64,000 nt of DNA from Ignavibacteria bacterium. GTDB lineage: Bacteria > Bacteroidota > Ignavibacteria > Tepidaquicellales > Tepidaquicellaceae. The notes under the pieces are model-generated. The model was given only the letters and a program-made list of their open reading frames with translations, made no database searches and had not been told where the DNA came from. The translations under genes were made by a program, and so were the position numbers. Below, one piece after another: positions 1 through 9,397 of this stretch. Each line of letters begins with the position of its first letter. The stretch's first letter is position 1. Location of the stretch: contig JBATSB010000010.1 in assembly GCA_049293015.1 (NCBI GenBank), positions 2,117 to 66,116 on the forward strand, given 5' to 3'.

Positions 1-2
1 TA

Positions 3-1019
3 GCTGCTACATGGTTTCAGGGAAATTCCACTGTTTTTTCTGCATTTAACGGACCAGTAACAGGTTACGTTGGTGCAAATTATCAGGTAGTTGGCGGCTT
101 AAATAATATTGACAGTTGGATGGTGCTTCCTGATTTGGATGTAGTAATTGGTGACGAGATAAGATTTCAGTGCAGATCAGTTACAGGTGGTACTTTTCCG
201 GATTCTGTAAGAGTTATGTATAATGATCAGGGAGGTACAACACCTGAAAGTCCGGGCTGGGTAGAACTTGGAAGATTTCAAGCTGCATTTGACGGTTCAT
301 GGGAATTAAAATCATTCGTAGCTCCGACAAGCGGATTAAGTGCAAGATTTGCCATCAGATATGCAGTAGTCGATGGAGGTCCTAATGGAGCTAATAGTGA
401 CTATATTGGAATAGATGCATTAGAAGTTGAAGGACAGGGACTTTTACCTGTTGAGTTATCAAGTTTTGTATCATTGATAAATCAGAATAATGTTACTTTA
501 AACTGGTCAACTGCTTCGGAAATTAATAATTCAGGATTTGAAATTGAACGTTCAAATTTCAACGGTCAGGCATCAAACGACTGGATCAAAGTTGGAAGTG
601 TAAATGGAAACGGAACTTCTTCAAGCAGTCATTCATACACTTTTACAGAAAGAAATTTAATTTCAGGTGTTTATAATTACAGACTAAAACAAATAGATTT
701 CAATGGTAATTTTGAATATTATAATTTAAGCAGCGAAGTAAATATCGGTGTTCCGGTAAATTATGATCTTTCACAAAATTATCCAAATCCTTTTAACCCA
801 TCTACAAAAATCAACTTTGAAATTCCATCTGATGGAAAAGTAAGTTTAAAAGTATTTGATCTTTCAGGTAAAGAAGTTGCTGATCTTGTAAATGAAGTCA
901 AAACTGCAGGATATTATTCTTATAGTTTTAATGCTTCCGGATTATCAAGCGGAATCTATTTTTATAATTTGACATCAAATAATTTCACAGCAACAAAGAA
1001 AATGATGCTAGTGAAATAA
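3..1019 (+). CDS. T9SS-secreted protein, 5' end outside the window (choice-of-anchor-J-like domain, ~100-aa VELxSF beta-sandwich spacer, Por/T9SS C-terminal sorting domain)
   Basis: The frame is open from nt 3 through the ATG at 120 (AATWFQGNSTVF...), so the ORF enters from upstream. The C-terminus carries SQNYPNPFNPSTKI...GIYFY...KKMMLVK. The LLPVELSSF...NNSGFEIERS block is shared with 18321..20987. Confidence 0.8.
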   Translation, partial: AATWFQGNSTVFSAFNGPVTGYVGANYQVVGGLNNIDSWMVLPDLDVVIGDEIRFQCRSVTGGTFPDSVRVMYNDQGGTTPESPGWVELGRFQAAFDGSWELKSFVAPTSGLSARFAIRYAVVDGGPNGANSDYIGIDALEVEGQGLLPVELSSFVSLINQNNVTLNWSTASEINNSGFEIERSNFNGQASNDWIKVGSVNGNGTSSSSHSYTFTERNLISGVYNYRLKQIDFNGNFEYYNLSSEVNIGVPVNYDLSQNYPNPFNPSTKINFEIPSDGKVSLKVFDLSGKEVADLVNEVKTAGYYSYSFNASGLSSGIYFYNLTSNNFTATKKMMLVK

Positions 1020-1066
1020 GATCAAGATTTGTTCTGATTAAAATTCATTTTAATCTTAAAACTATT

Positions 1067-1113
1067 AAAGACTCAAAGTAAATAATTTTTAATTAATTTT
1101 ACTTTGAGTCTTT
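1067..1113 (+). terminator. Hairpin after the T9SS cargo gene (16-bp perfect inverted repeat AAAGACTCAAAGTAAA / TTTACTTTGAGTCTTT, 15-nt loop)
   Basis: Read directly. It lies 48 nt after the stop at 1019 and is followed by a T-rich run. The long loop is atypical for an intrinsic terminator. The arms contain the GACTCAAAG motif of the dispersed repeat family. Confidence 0.45.
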
Positions 1114-1617
1114 CTTCTTATTGAATATTATTTTCTTATCAGTAATTTGCAAATATTTTTTAATACTTTAAATTATTCCAACAATTTTATGTATCGTCAA
1201 ATTTCCAAAATAGATTACTAACCTTTATTTTTACCTCATTAAATGTCTCTTATATTTTTTTTACTGAAAAAAATTTCAATTTTTTATCTGATTTTAATTA
1301 TCAGTCTATTCTGAATCAATTTCAATTTTTCATACTCGAATATTATTTCACAATACAAATTGGAGATTCAACCGAAGTAGATAATAAAAAGCAGATTAAA
1401 ATTTTATTGCTAATTAAAAACATTATAATTAATTTGAACAGAGTTTTTAGAAGCTATGATGAATATTTTCGAACTAATGATTATTTAATGTAGATATGAT
1501 TTCAAAAAAAGATTTGAAGAGATTGGCTGAATTACGATTAAAGGATTCAGCTTGTTTATTAGAAAATAAAAGATATCAGGCTGCAAAAGTATCTGTTCGT
1601 AGTTTTGAAAACAAATA

Positions 1618-1851
1618 ATGAAAAAAAATAATCAACATATTATTCCTTTAGGAAACGGATGGGCTGTAAAGAAAGAAGGAAGCAGAAAGTTTACGATCAT
1701 TACAGATTCAAAAAATACTGCAATAAAAGTCGGAAGACAGATTGCGAGGAATCAAAAATCTGAACTGATTATTCACGGAAAGGATGGAAAGATTATTGAT
1801 AAGGACAGTTATGGTAATGATCCATGTCCGCCTAAAGACAAAAATTATTAA
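1618..1851 (+). CDS. DUF2188 family small protein
   Basis: 77 aa. NGWAVKKEGS...ELIIHGKDGKI..KDSYGNDPCPPKD fits the DUF2188 pattern as I remember it. Confidence 0.7.
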   Translation: MKKNNQHIIPLGNGWAVKKEGSRKFTIITDSKNTAIKVGRQIARNQKSELIIHGKDGKIIDKDSYGNDPCPPKDKNY

Positions 1852-2011
1852 TCAAATAATTCAATTTTTACCAAAATTGATTTAATACCGATTCTATTTA
1901 CACACCTATTACTAATCACAATTTCTTTCTTAATATTCACCAAAATTTCGGATTACATTTCCACCTTAATTATCTTATATTTGTAACAATTTTTTAAACA
2001 AACATTTGACT

Positions 2012-3676
2012 ATGAAAAATAATACTGAGCCCAAAAAGAGCGCATCCAAATCTGAATGGAAGGAAGAAGCACTTAAAGCAAAGACGAACGGTATGAAATT
2101 TACTTCACTCAGCGGACGTGAACTTGACATCTGCTATACCCCCGAAGACAATAAAGAAACAAATTATTATAATGAGATAGGCTATCCGGGAGAATATCCT
2201 TACACCCGCGGAATTCATCACAATATGTACAGAGGCAAACTCTGGACTATGAGACAATTCGCAGGTTTTGGGACACCCGAAGATACCAATCAAAGATTTA
2301 AATATTTACTTGCACACGGTCAGACAGGGCTTTCAACTGCCTTTGATATGCCGACACTAATGGGTTATGATGCTGACGATGAAATTTCCGAAGGCGAAGT
2401 CGGAATTTGCGGCGTTGCGATTTCTTCTTTGCAGGATATGGAAATTCTCTTTGACGGAATTCCTCTTGATAAAGTCTCTACATCTATGACTATCAACTCC
2501 CCTGCTATTATGGTTTATGCATTTTATTTAGCAGTAGCTGAAAAGCAAGGCGTGCCTTTTGATAAATTAAGAGGTACTCTTCAGAACGACATTTTAAAAG
2601 AATACATTGCTCAGAAAGAATATATCTATCCGCCAAAAGAATCAATGAGAATCATTACTGATATGATAGAATATTCCACAAAGGAAGTTCCGCAGTTCAA
2701 TCCTGTTAGTGTCAGCGGCTATCACATCAGAGAAGCCGGCTCTACTGCTGCACAGGAACTCGCGTTCACACTTGCTGACGGATTTGCTTATATCGAAGCA
2801 TGTATAGAAAGAGGAATGGATGTCGATGATTTTGCTCCAAGGATCTCGCATTTCTTTAATTCACACTTAGACTTTTTTGAGGAGATAGCAAAGTTTAGAG
2901 CTGCTCGAAGAATCTACGCAAAGAGAATGAAAAATAAATACGGCGCGAAAAATCCTAAGTCATGGACTTTAAGATTTCATACTCAGACTGCCGGATGTTC
3001 ACTCACTGCTCAGCAGCCTGAAAATAATATTGTAAGAACAGCTATCGAAGCTCTTGCAGGTGTGCTCGGCGGAACTCAAAGTCTTCATACAAATTCAATG
3101 GATGAAACACTTGCATTGCCATCAGACAAAGCTGTTAAAATTGCATTGAGAACTCAGCAGATAATTGCTTATGAACACGGAGTAATAAATGTTGCAGATC
3201 CATTGGGCGGAAGTTATTATGTAGAAAAGCTGACTGACGACATCGAAGCAGAAGCGGAAAAATATTTTGATCTTATAGATGCACAGGGCGGCGTAATTCC
3301 GTGTATTGAAAATGGATTCTTCCAGAGAGAAATTGCAGATGCTGCATATAAGTATCAGCTTGAGCTTGATAAAAAAGAAAAGATCGTAGTTGGTATAAAT
3401 GATTTTGTAGAAGAAAATGAGAAGATCGATATTCCAATTCTTCAGATCTCAAAAGAAGTAGAAGAGAAACAGGTTAAGAGATTAAAAGAATTGAAAGCTT
3501 CACGAAATCAGGAAGAGGTCGATAATGCTCTAAAGCATTTAAGAAAAGTAGCAGAGGACGGAACTAACCTTATGCCTGCTGTACTTGACTGCGCAAGGAA
3601 ATATGTAACGCTTGGTGAAATGTGTGCTGAGCTGAAAGAGGTATTCGGAGTTTATGAAGAACAGGCAGTTTTTTAA
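2012..3676 (+). CDS. Acyl-CoA mutase large (substrate-binding) subunit, methylmalonyl-CoA mutase family, without a B12-binding domain
   Basis: 554 aa. [43 protein letters not shown] and RFHTQTAG are typical MCM/ICM alpha-chain motifs. The ORF track starts at TTG 2006; I prefer the ATG at 2012. Confidence 0.85.
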   Translation: MKNNTEPKKSASKSEWKEEALKAKTNGMKFTSLSGRELDICYTPEDNKETNYYNEIGYPGEYPYTRGIHHNMYRGKLWTMRQFAGFGTPEDTNQRFKYLLAHGQTGLSTAFDMPTLMGYDADDEISEGEVGICGVAISSLQDMEILFDGIPLDKVSTSMTINSPAIMVYAFYLAVAEKQGVPFDKLRGTLQNDILKEYIAQKEYIYPPKESMRIITDMIEYSTKEVPQFNPVSVSGYHIREAGSTAAQELAFTLADGFAYIEACIERGMDVDDFAPRISHFFNSHLDFFEEIAKFRAARRIYAKRMKNKYGAKNPKSWTLRFHTQTAGCSLTAQQPENNIVRTAIEALAGVLGGTQSLHTNSMDETLALPSDKAVKIALRTQQIIAYEHGVINVADPLGGSYYVEKLTDDIEAEAEKYFDLIDAQGGVIPCIENGFFQREIADAAYKYQLELDKKEKIVVGINDFVEENEKIDIPILQISKEVEEKQVKRLKELKASRNQEEVDNALKHLRKVAEDGTNLMPAVLDCARKYVTLGEMCAELKEVFGVYEEQAVF

Positions 3677-3730
3677 TTCTATCTGAAAGAAAGCTTTTAC
3701 TGAAATTTACTTCAAACCAAAAAGTGCTCG

Positions 3731-3886
3731 ATTCCAAACTCTCAGACTGTCCGAAAACAAAAATTAAAGTTTGCTTACAAGGTTGCCTCCAAGTCTCAAA
3801 GGCTCAAAGAAGCTTATTTTTAAAGTTTTTAAACTTTGAGTCTTTGAGTCTTAGAGGCAATTCCAATGTTTTCAGACCAGATGTCC
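3731..3886. repeat. Composite inverted-repeat element of the GCCTCYAAGRCTCAAAG family
   Basis: Arms GCCTCCAAGTCTCAAAGGCTCAAAG (3785-3809) and CTTTGAGTCTTTGAGTCTTAGAGGC (3834-3858) are reverse complements with a few mismatches. The outer arms CTCAGACTGTCCGAAAACA / TGTTTTCAGACCAGATGTCCGA also pair. Related copies lie at 21979-22059, 56001-56163, 62654-62703 and 63085-63101. Confidence 0.8.
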
Positions 3887-4056
3887 GATATGTATTTAAT
3901 TTAAAATTTTGAGCGGGATAATTCTCGCTCATTTTATTATTACTCAATTTTATTATAAGATCTATCAAAGATAAAAATTACATATACATTGTATCTGCCT
4001 GCCTGATTTCGATCATTATTTTTTTATCTTTTGAATTTTATTTCACTGATGGAAAA

Positions 4057-5535
4057 ATGGGTGTACCACTTGATGACACATGGATACATTTTCAGTTTGC
4101 TGATAATTTTGCACACGGAAATTTTTTTGAATATAACGTCGGTGAGCCAACTGCTGGAACCACTTCTCCTTTATATGTGATAATTATGGGATTAACCAGT
4201 TTTGTCATTCCCAATTTCATTGTTAATTCTCTGATCCTTTCCGGATTATTCTATATTCTGACATGTATTTTTGTTTACAAAATTTCATTATTCCTTTTTC
4301 AAAGCAAATATTCTTCCTTAAAAGAAGGTACATATTCATTTATCACCCCTGAAAAACTTTCACTCTTAGCTTCGATGCTTACAGTTTTTGCAGGGCGATT
4401 TGCCTGGGCTTCTATGTCAGGCATGGAAACGACTTTGTTTACATTTTTCACATTGGCAGGTGTTTATTTCCATTTGAAGAATTTACGGAATAATATTCTT
4501 ACATTACTACCTTCATTATTCTTTGCATTATCTGCAGTTCTTAGGCCGGAAGGTATGCTTTTATATTCAATTTGTGCTTTCGATATTACACTTAACTTAC
4601 TTAAAGATAGAGCATTTAAGCAATATTTCATAAAGTTCTTTACAGGTCTGATAATTTTTCTTTGCATTGTCCTTCCATACTTTATTTTTTCTTACTACAT
4701 AAGCGGTCATTTCTTTCCAAATACATTCCGCGGGCAGGGAGGTGGATTTATTTTTGTTCCAAATTTCACTTATTTGCGAATTGTTTCTATTTTCTTTTTA
4801 AGAGATAATTTTGTTGCAGCTACTTTATTCTTTATATTCATATTCTATTATTTCGGAAATCTTAAAAATTACTTAAAAGATATGAAATATATTAATTTGA
4901 TTGCACTATGGACAATATTTCTCCCGCTCATTTCATCTGTACTGATCCCAAACTGGCGTCATCACGTTAGATACACCATGCCTCTTATTCCATTTATTAA
5001 TATTATAGCCGTTTATTATCTTATTATTTTATTGAATAAAAATTTTCTTCATAAATTGAAAAACATTTTTTATTCAAAAAAATATGTACCTGCATTGATA
5101 GTATTGTTTTCATTTTTCTATTATTTCATTTATGCTGCCGCCTTAGGAAAAAATGTTGATAATATAAATTCACAGCAGGTTAAGATCGCTGAATGGGTAA
5201 AAAACAATGTCGGAAGAGATGAGACTATTGCGATTAACGATATTGGAGCGATTACATTTATCAGCAAAAACAGGATAATCGATATGGCAGGACTTGTTAC
5301 ACCTGAGATTCTGCAATACAGAAATTATACATGGGATGATAACCTGGACTCACTGAATTATCTATTAAAAAAAAATGATGTTAGCTATATTGTCATTTAT
5401 GATCACTGGTTCAAAGAATATCTGCAGAAATATGGTAACCAATTTACCTTTATAACCAGCGCTGTGCTTGAAGAAAACACAATCTGCGGCGGTATAGAAA
5501 TGAAAGTATACAAAACTAATTTCAGTATAAAATAA
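4057..5535 (+). CDS. Polytopic GT-C-like glycosyltransferase membrane protein (ArnT/PMT/arabinosyltransferase-like)
   Basis: 492 aa with many hydrophobic segments followed by a ~130-aa soluble C-terminal domain. An acidic PLDD motif sits near the N-terminus, as in GT-C first loops. It lies directly upstream of a UbiA-family polyprenyl-phosphate phosphoribosyltransferase. The start is uncertain (see finding). Confidence 0.55.
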   Translation: MGVPLDDTWIHFQFADNFAHGNFFEYNVGEPTAGTTSPLYVIIMGLTSFVIPNFIVNSLILSGLFYILTCIFVYKISLFLFQSKYSSLKEGTYSFITPEKLSLLASMLTVFAGRFAWASMSGMETTLFTFFTLAGVYFHLKNLRNNILTLLPSLFFALSAVLRPEGMLLYSICAFDITLNLLKDRAFKQYFIKFFTGLIIFLCIVLPYFIFSYYISGHFFPNTFRGQGGGFIFVPNFTYLRIVSIFFLRDNFVAATLFFIFIFYYFGNLKNYLKDMKYINLIALWTIFLPLISSVLIPNWRHHVRYTMPLIPFINIIAVYYLIILLNKNFLHKLKNIFYSKKYVPALIVLFSFFYYFIYAAALGKNVDNINSQQVKIAEWVKNNVGRDETIAINDIGAITFISKNRIIDMAGLVTPEILQYRNYTWDDNLDSLNYLLKKNDVSYIVIYDHWFKEYLQKYGNQFTFITSAVLEENTICGGIEMKVYKTNFSIK

Positions 5536-5537
5536 AT

Positions 5538-6425
5538 TTGAAAATAATAAAACTTATAGAATTAATCAGACCAAAGCAATGGATCAAAAATCTATTTGTC
5601 TTTGCTCCTATATTATTTGCAGGTAAACTGATGGATCTGCCAATGCTGCTTACAAACATCATTGCTTTTTTTGCTTTCTGCGGTATCTCAAGCAGTATTT
5701 ATGTTTTAAATGACATTGCCGATGTAGAATCTGACAGAGTGCATAAGAAAAAAAGATTCCGACCTCTTGCATCAGGTGACGTTACAATTCCTCAGGCAAA
5801 AATAATGTTTGTAATATTGTTAGTGATTACCATTCTTCTAAGTAGTTTGCTGCCTCCCCTTTTCATTGTTGCCATTACACTTTACTTCATTAACAATCTT
5901 CTTTACACTTTTAAAATAAAGAACATTGTACTTCTTGATGTATTTTCAATATCTGCAGGTTTTATTCTCAGAGTAGTAGCCGGTGCTTTTGCAATTGATG
6001 TCAGCGTTTCAAGCTGGATGATCATTACTACAATTTTCATTTCTCTCTTTCTTGGAATCTCTAAAAGAAGGGCAGAACTCTCCGGTCCCAATCAGGAAAA
6101 TCTCGAAAAGCAAAGAAAAGTATTAAGTGACTATGACGTTGTATTTGTAGATCAGATGAATACAATTGCTGCTACAGGTACTATCATCTCTTATGCTCTC
6201 TATACAGTTTCCGAAAAAGCAATTCAGGCTTTTCATTCTGAGATGCTCATATATACTACTCCATTTGTGATATATGGAATTTTTAGATATCTATTCCTTC
6301 TTCATAAAAAGAATCTTGGAGAAAGTCCTACTCAGATAGTGACAAGAGATATTCCGATTATTATAAATTCCCTAATCTGGCTGCTCTCATGCGCTTTGAT
6401 CATTTACAAAGGGAAATTTTTATAA
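5538..6425 (+). CDS. UbiA-family prenyltransferase, decaprenyl-phosphate phosphoribosyltransferase (DPPR synthase)-like
   Basis: 295 aa. It has the LIRPKQWIKNLFVFAP N-terminus, the NDIADVESDRVHKKKRFRPLASG (NDxxDxxxD) motif and multiple TM segments. The TTG start lies 2 nt after the upstream stop. Confidence 0.75.
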   Translation: MKIIKLIELIRPKQWIKNLFVFAPILFAGKLMDLPMLLTNIIAFFAFCGISSSIYVLNDIADVESDRVHKKKRFRPLASGDVTIPQAKIMFVILLVITILLSSLLPPLFIVAITLYFINNLLYTFKIKNIVLLDVFSISAGFILRVVAGAFAIDVSVSSWMIITTIFISLFLGISKRRAELSGPNQENLEKQRKVLSDYDVVFVDQMNTIAATGTIISYALYTVSEKAIQAFHSEMLIYTTPFVIYGIFRYLFLLHKKNLGESPTQIVTRDIPIIINSLIWLLSCALIIYKGKFL

Positions 6426-6429
6426 TTGA

Positions 6430-7368
6430 TTGAAACAGAACTCCGACATTTCAAATCCTGAAAAGAATTTATTTACTGTTTACAAAGCTGAACTTTTTCT
6501 ACTGTTCGTTACTTTGTCATGGGGTCTGTCATTTCCGTTAATAAAATTAACGTTAGAATATGTCTCGCCTGTGTTATTTAACTTTATCCGGTTCGCTTTA
6601 ACTCTGATTCTTTTTATAATCATTTTTTATAAAAAGATAAGACATATTAAATTTGGTGATCTAAGATATGGAATAATACTCGGCGTATTTATGATACTGG
6701 GTTTTGTCTTTCAGACAATTGGTCTGCAATATACTACAGCTTCCAAATCAGCTTTTATTACAGGTACAAATCTTATCTTCATTCCATTCATTCAATTTAT
6801 TATTTTAAAATCTAAGCCAAAATATTTTAATCTCATTAGTGCTCTGATCGTACTGACCGGGCTATTTATTCTTTCCGAATCATTTGAGATTGTTCCGAAT
6901 GTTGGTGATATTCTTACTATAATCTGTGCTTTTTTCTTTGCTGTTCATATCGTATTGCTGGATAAATATTCAGCAAAGTCCGATGTGAATTTTTTAATTT
7001 TCGGACAATTTCTGATCTCAACGGTTATATGTCTGGTCTTTGCTTTCTTTTATGAACACCTGATTCTTGATGAAACTAAATTTTCGGTCACACCAATTTT
7101 ATTAATAACACTTTTTTTCACAGTGGTATTTTCTACTTTGATAGGTATTGTTTTTATGACAAAGTTTCAGCGACTCACTACACCACTCAAAGCCGGTATT
7201 ATTTACAACATGGAATCAATATTTGCTTTGATCTTTGCTTACTTTATTTTAAATGAAATTATGAATTCAAATCAAATTATAGGTGCAATAATAATGTTGA
7301 TCGGATTAATTTTTTCAGAGATATTCGGAATTATAAACTTTAAAAATTTAATTGGAAAAAAGAATTAA
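6430..7368 (+). CDS. DMT-superfamily (EamA-like) transporter
   Basis: 312 aa with about ten hydrophobic segments in two EamA-like halves. TTG start. Confidence 0.7.
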   Translation: MKQNSDISNPEKNLFTVYKAELFLLFVTLSWGLSFPLIKLTLEYVSPVLFNFIRFALTLILFIIIFYKKIRHIKFGDLRYGIILGVFMILGFVFQTIGLQYTTASKSAFITGTNLIFIPFIQFIILKSKPKYFNLISALIVLTGLFILSESFEIVPNVGDILTIICAFFFAVHIVLLDKYSAKSDVNFLIFGQFLISTVICLVFAFFYEHLILDETKFSVTPILLITLFFTVVFSTLIGIVFMTKFQRLTTPLKAGIIYNMESIFALIFAYFILNEIMNSNQIIGAIIMLIGLIFSEIFGIINFKNLIGKKN

Positions 7369-7630
7369 AATTACTGTAAGAGGTTTTGTACAGGGAGTTG
7401 GTTTCAGATTTTTTACTCAGAGAATGGCAAACGAATTTGAAATCAAAGGCTTTGTAAAAAATATGTATAACGGAGATGTCGAAGCTGAAGCACAGGCAAC
7501 ACCAGATCATTTAAATGACTTTGTCTCAGAGTTAAAGATCGGTCCTCGAGGCTCTAAGATCACATCTGTTTTTGTAGATGAAATTCCTATGTCAGATGAA
7601 GTTCAGGAAGAAGATTTTATTATTTTATAA
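7352..7630 (+). CDS. acyP: Acylphosphatase
   Basis: 92 aa with the [13 protein letters not shown]...GFVKN..NGDVE signature. The TTG start overlaps the upstream gene by 17 nt. Confidence 0.8.
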   Translation: MEKRIKITVRGFVQGVGFRFFTQRMANEFEIKGFVKNMYNGDVEAEAQATPDHLNDFVSELKIGPRGSKITSVFVDEIPMSDEVQEEDFIIL

Positions 7631-7824
7631 TCTCCTGTTTTACTCATCTGGACTCACAATTTTTTTAAGAAAAAATATTTTATTAAAGTTAGAAGTAATT
7701 TTTTAAAAAAATCCCGCCTGTAATACATTGCCGTTAAGAATTCTTGAGAAATTGAAAAAATAAAATATTCTTGTCTGAGAAATTTGCGAAGCAAATTTTG
7801 AGTTGGATATTTTATTCCCCGCTC

Positions 7825-7876
7825 GTTCCCAAACTCCTGTTTGGGAACGCACTTGAATTTGAAACTCCGTTTCAAA
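7825..7876. repeat. Tandem hairpin pair: GTTCCCAAAC-TCCT-GTTTGGGAAC, then TTTGAAAC-TCC-GTTTCAAA
   Basis: Read directly. The same two-hairpin arrangement recurs at 47813-47870 (second hairpin partial) and 58042-58090. Confidence 0.8.
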
Positions 7877-8181
7877 AACATCTCCGGTAATTTATCACCA
7901 GCGAATATTTTTTTGTTTCTTTGGAGCTTGCCTCAGAAGGATCGTTCAAAAGAATGTTAGCAGGAAATTTGAATACTGAATTTAAAAATCAAACTTTTTT
8001 TGATCTGATACACTATAATTTAGAACTATATCCAAACCATATGTGTTGTGAAACCCATGCAACAAAACAAATCACGTCAAATTTGCAATTGACAATAAAC
8101 ATTTAAACTAATATTATTGTGAAACTTAAAATGAACCTATGACGAGACAATTGTTACTTATTCTTTAACAAATTAAGAAAA

Positions 8182-9132
8182 ATGCTGAATACCAGATCAC
8201 TAATCGTAACATTAGTTTTACTTTTCTTTTTTGCCGGAAATACTTACTCTCAAAATAATACTTATGATTTTCTTAGATTAAATGTAGGAGCACGTGCTTC
8301 TGCACTTGGGGGAAGTTTTGTCACAAATACCAATGATGTAAATGGTTTGTTCTATAATCCTGCATCTCTTTCGACAATTACGACTTCGCAGGCTTCCATA
8401 GGTTTTTATAAATATTTACTGGATATTAATTCCGGTAATCTTGCCTATGGACAGAAATTCAAAGACAAGGGTTATTTCGGAGGTACTGTAAAGTATTTTA
8501 ATTATGGCAGCTTTACTAAAAAAGACATTTCAGCAAATGATCTCGGGACTTTTAATGCAAATGACCTGGCGATTTCTTTGGGATACTCCAATGCTTTTCA
8601 GGAAAATTTTTATTACGGTGCTAACCTGAAGTTTATATATTCACAAATCGATGAATTCAATTCAACTGCAATAGCTGTAGATTTGGGTATGCTCTATATA
8701 ATTCCTTCCACTATGTGGAATTTTGGTATTAGCTTATTAAATGCCGGTACACAAATGAGTCAGTATGACAATACAAAAGAAGATCTTCCTCTCGATCTGA
8801 GAGTCGGTGTAAGTAAAAGACTCGAGCATCTGCCGGTAAGGATCAATTTTGAATTCAGTGATCTAACTCAGAGTGGTGAATCTTTTTGGGAAAATTTTAA
8901 GAACTTATCTGTCGGCGGTGAATTTGATTTTAGCGAGAACGTAAAATTCCGTATCGGATATGACAATGCTCAGAGACAGGATCTTAAGACAGGAAGTTCG
9001 ATCGGTATAGCAGGATTTTCTACAGGAATTGGATTTAATTTCCTTGAGAATTATTCTTTTGATTATGCTTTTAGTTCGATGGGAAATGTCGGAACGAATA
9101 ACAGGATAGATGTGGGATTTAAATTGAAATAA
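8182..9132 (+). CDS. porQ: T9SS outer-membrane beta-barrel, PorV/PorQ family (PorQ-like)
   Basis: 316 aa with a signal peptide. The YDFLRLNVGARASALGGSFV...NPASL N-terminal motif and the alternating beta-strand pattern ending ...DVGFKLK resemble PorQ. Five T9SS cargo genes lie in the same window. Confidence 0.55.
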   Translation: MLNTRSLIVTLVLLFFFAGNTYSQNNTYDFLRLNVGARASALGGSFVTNTNDVNGLFYNPASLSTITTSQASIGFYKYLLDINSGNLAYGQKFKDKGYFGGTVKYFNYGSFTKKDISANDLGTFNANDLAISLGYSNAFQENFYYGANLKFIYSQIDEFNSTAIAVDLGMLYIIPSTMWNFGISLLNAGTQMSQYDNTKEDLPLDLRVGVSKRLEHLPVRINFEFSDLTQSGESFWENFKNLSVGGEFDFSENVKFRIGYDNAQRQDLKTGSSIGIAGFSTGIGFNFLENYSFDYAFSSMGNVGTNNRIDVGFKLK

Positions 9133-9150
9133 AATTTAATATATAAATTA

Positions 9151-9187
9151 AAAAAGCCGATCAATAATATTGTCCGGCTTTTTTTTA
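9151..9187 (+). terminator. Intrinsic terminator after the porQ-like gene; member of a conserved terminator module
   Basis: AAAAAGCCGATCAATAATATTGTCCGGCTTTTTTTT has an AGCCG/CCGGCT-based stem plus an 8-T tract about 20 nt after the stop. Near-identical copies lie at 21050-21084 and 17964-18000, with a related copy at 16391-16425. Confidence 0.7.
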
Positions 9188-9217
9188 TGTCAATTTTTGA
9201 TTTTTAGTAAATTCGCC

Positions 9218-9297
9218 GTTGTTGGTGATTCAAAAAGTTTTGAAGCAGATTTTGAATTTGAAGTGTAATTCAAAAAAACTTTTTGGTCACCAACAAC
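9218..9297. repeat. Long hairpin element (GTTGTTGGTGATTCAAAAAGTTTT ... AAAACTTTTTGGTCACCAACAAC)
   Basis: ~23-bp arms read directly around a ~30-nt loop. It shares the CAAAAAGTTT/AAACTTTTTG core with 9398-9480 and 17863-17951, while the outer stem sequence differs. Confidence 0.75.
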
Positions 9298-9397
9298 CTG
9301 AGATGATGAGCACGATAGACTAAGTAAAATTATTTTTTTCATACTATAATTCAAGTTGAATTTTAAATGAGATTAGAGTTTCTTGTCAGCAGGTTTT

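Noticed and set aside
1976-1983. TATATTTG upstream of the mutase gene, matching the Bacteroidota -7 promoter motif TAnnTTTG.
   Set aside because: It is a single short AT-rich match with no convincing -33 TTG at the expected spacing. I did not find the motif consistently upstream of other genes here, so no promoter is called.
3724-3912. 62-aa ORF downstream of the mutase gene.
   Set aside because: It reads straight through both arms of the inverted-repeat element at 3731-3886 (..SKAQRSLFLKFLNFESLSLRG..). It is a translation artefact of a palindromic repeat.
7654-7881. 75-aa minus-strand ORF. The analogous 77-aa ORF lies at 58050..58283.
   Set aside because: Both overlap the TTCCCAAAC/GAAAC hairpin pair and share residues only where the repeat is translated. 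They have no start context and no recognisable fold pattern.
7921-8106. 61-aa ORF upstream of the porQ-like gene.
   Set aside because: It has a TTG start, no signal or motif, and a composition indistinguishable from intergenic sequence. I have nothing to support it.
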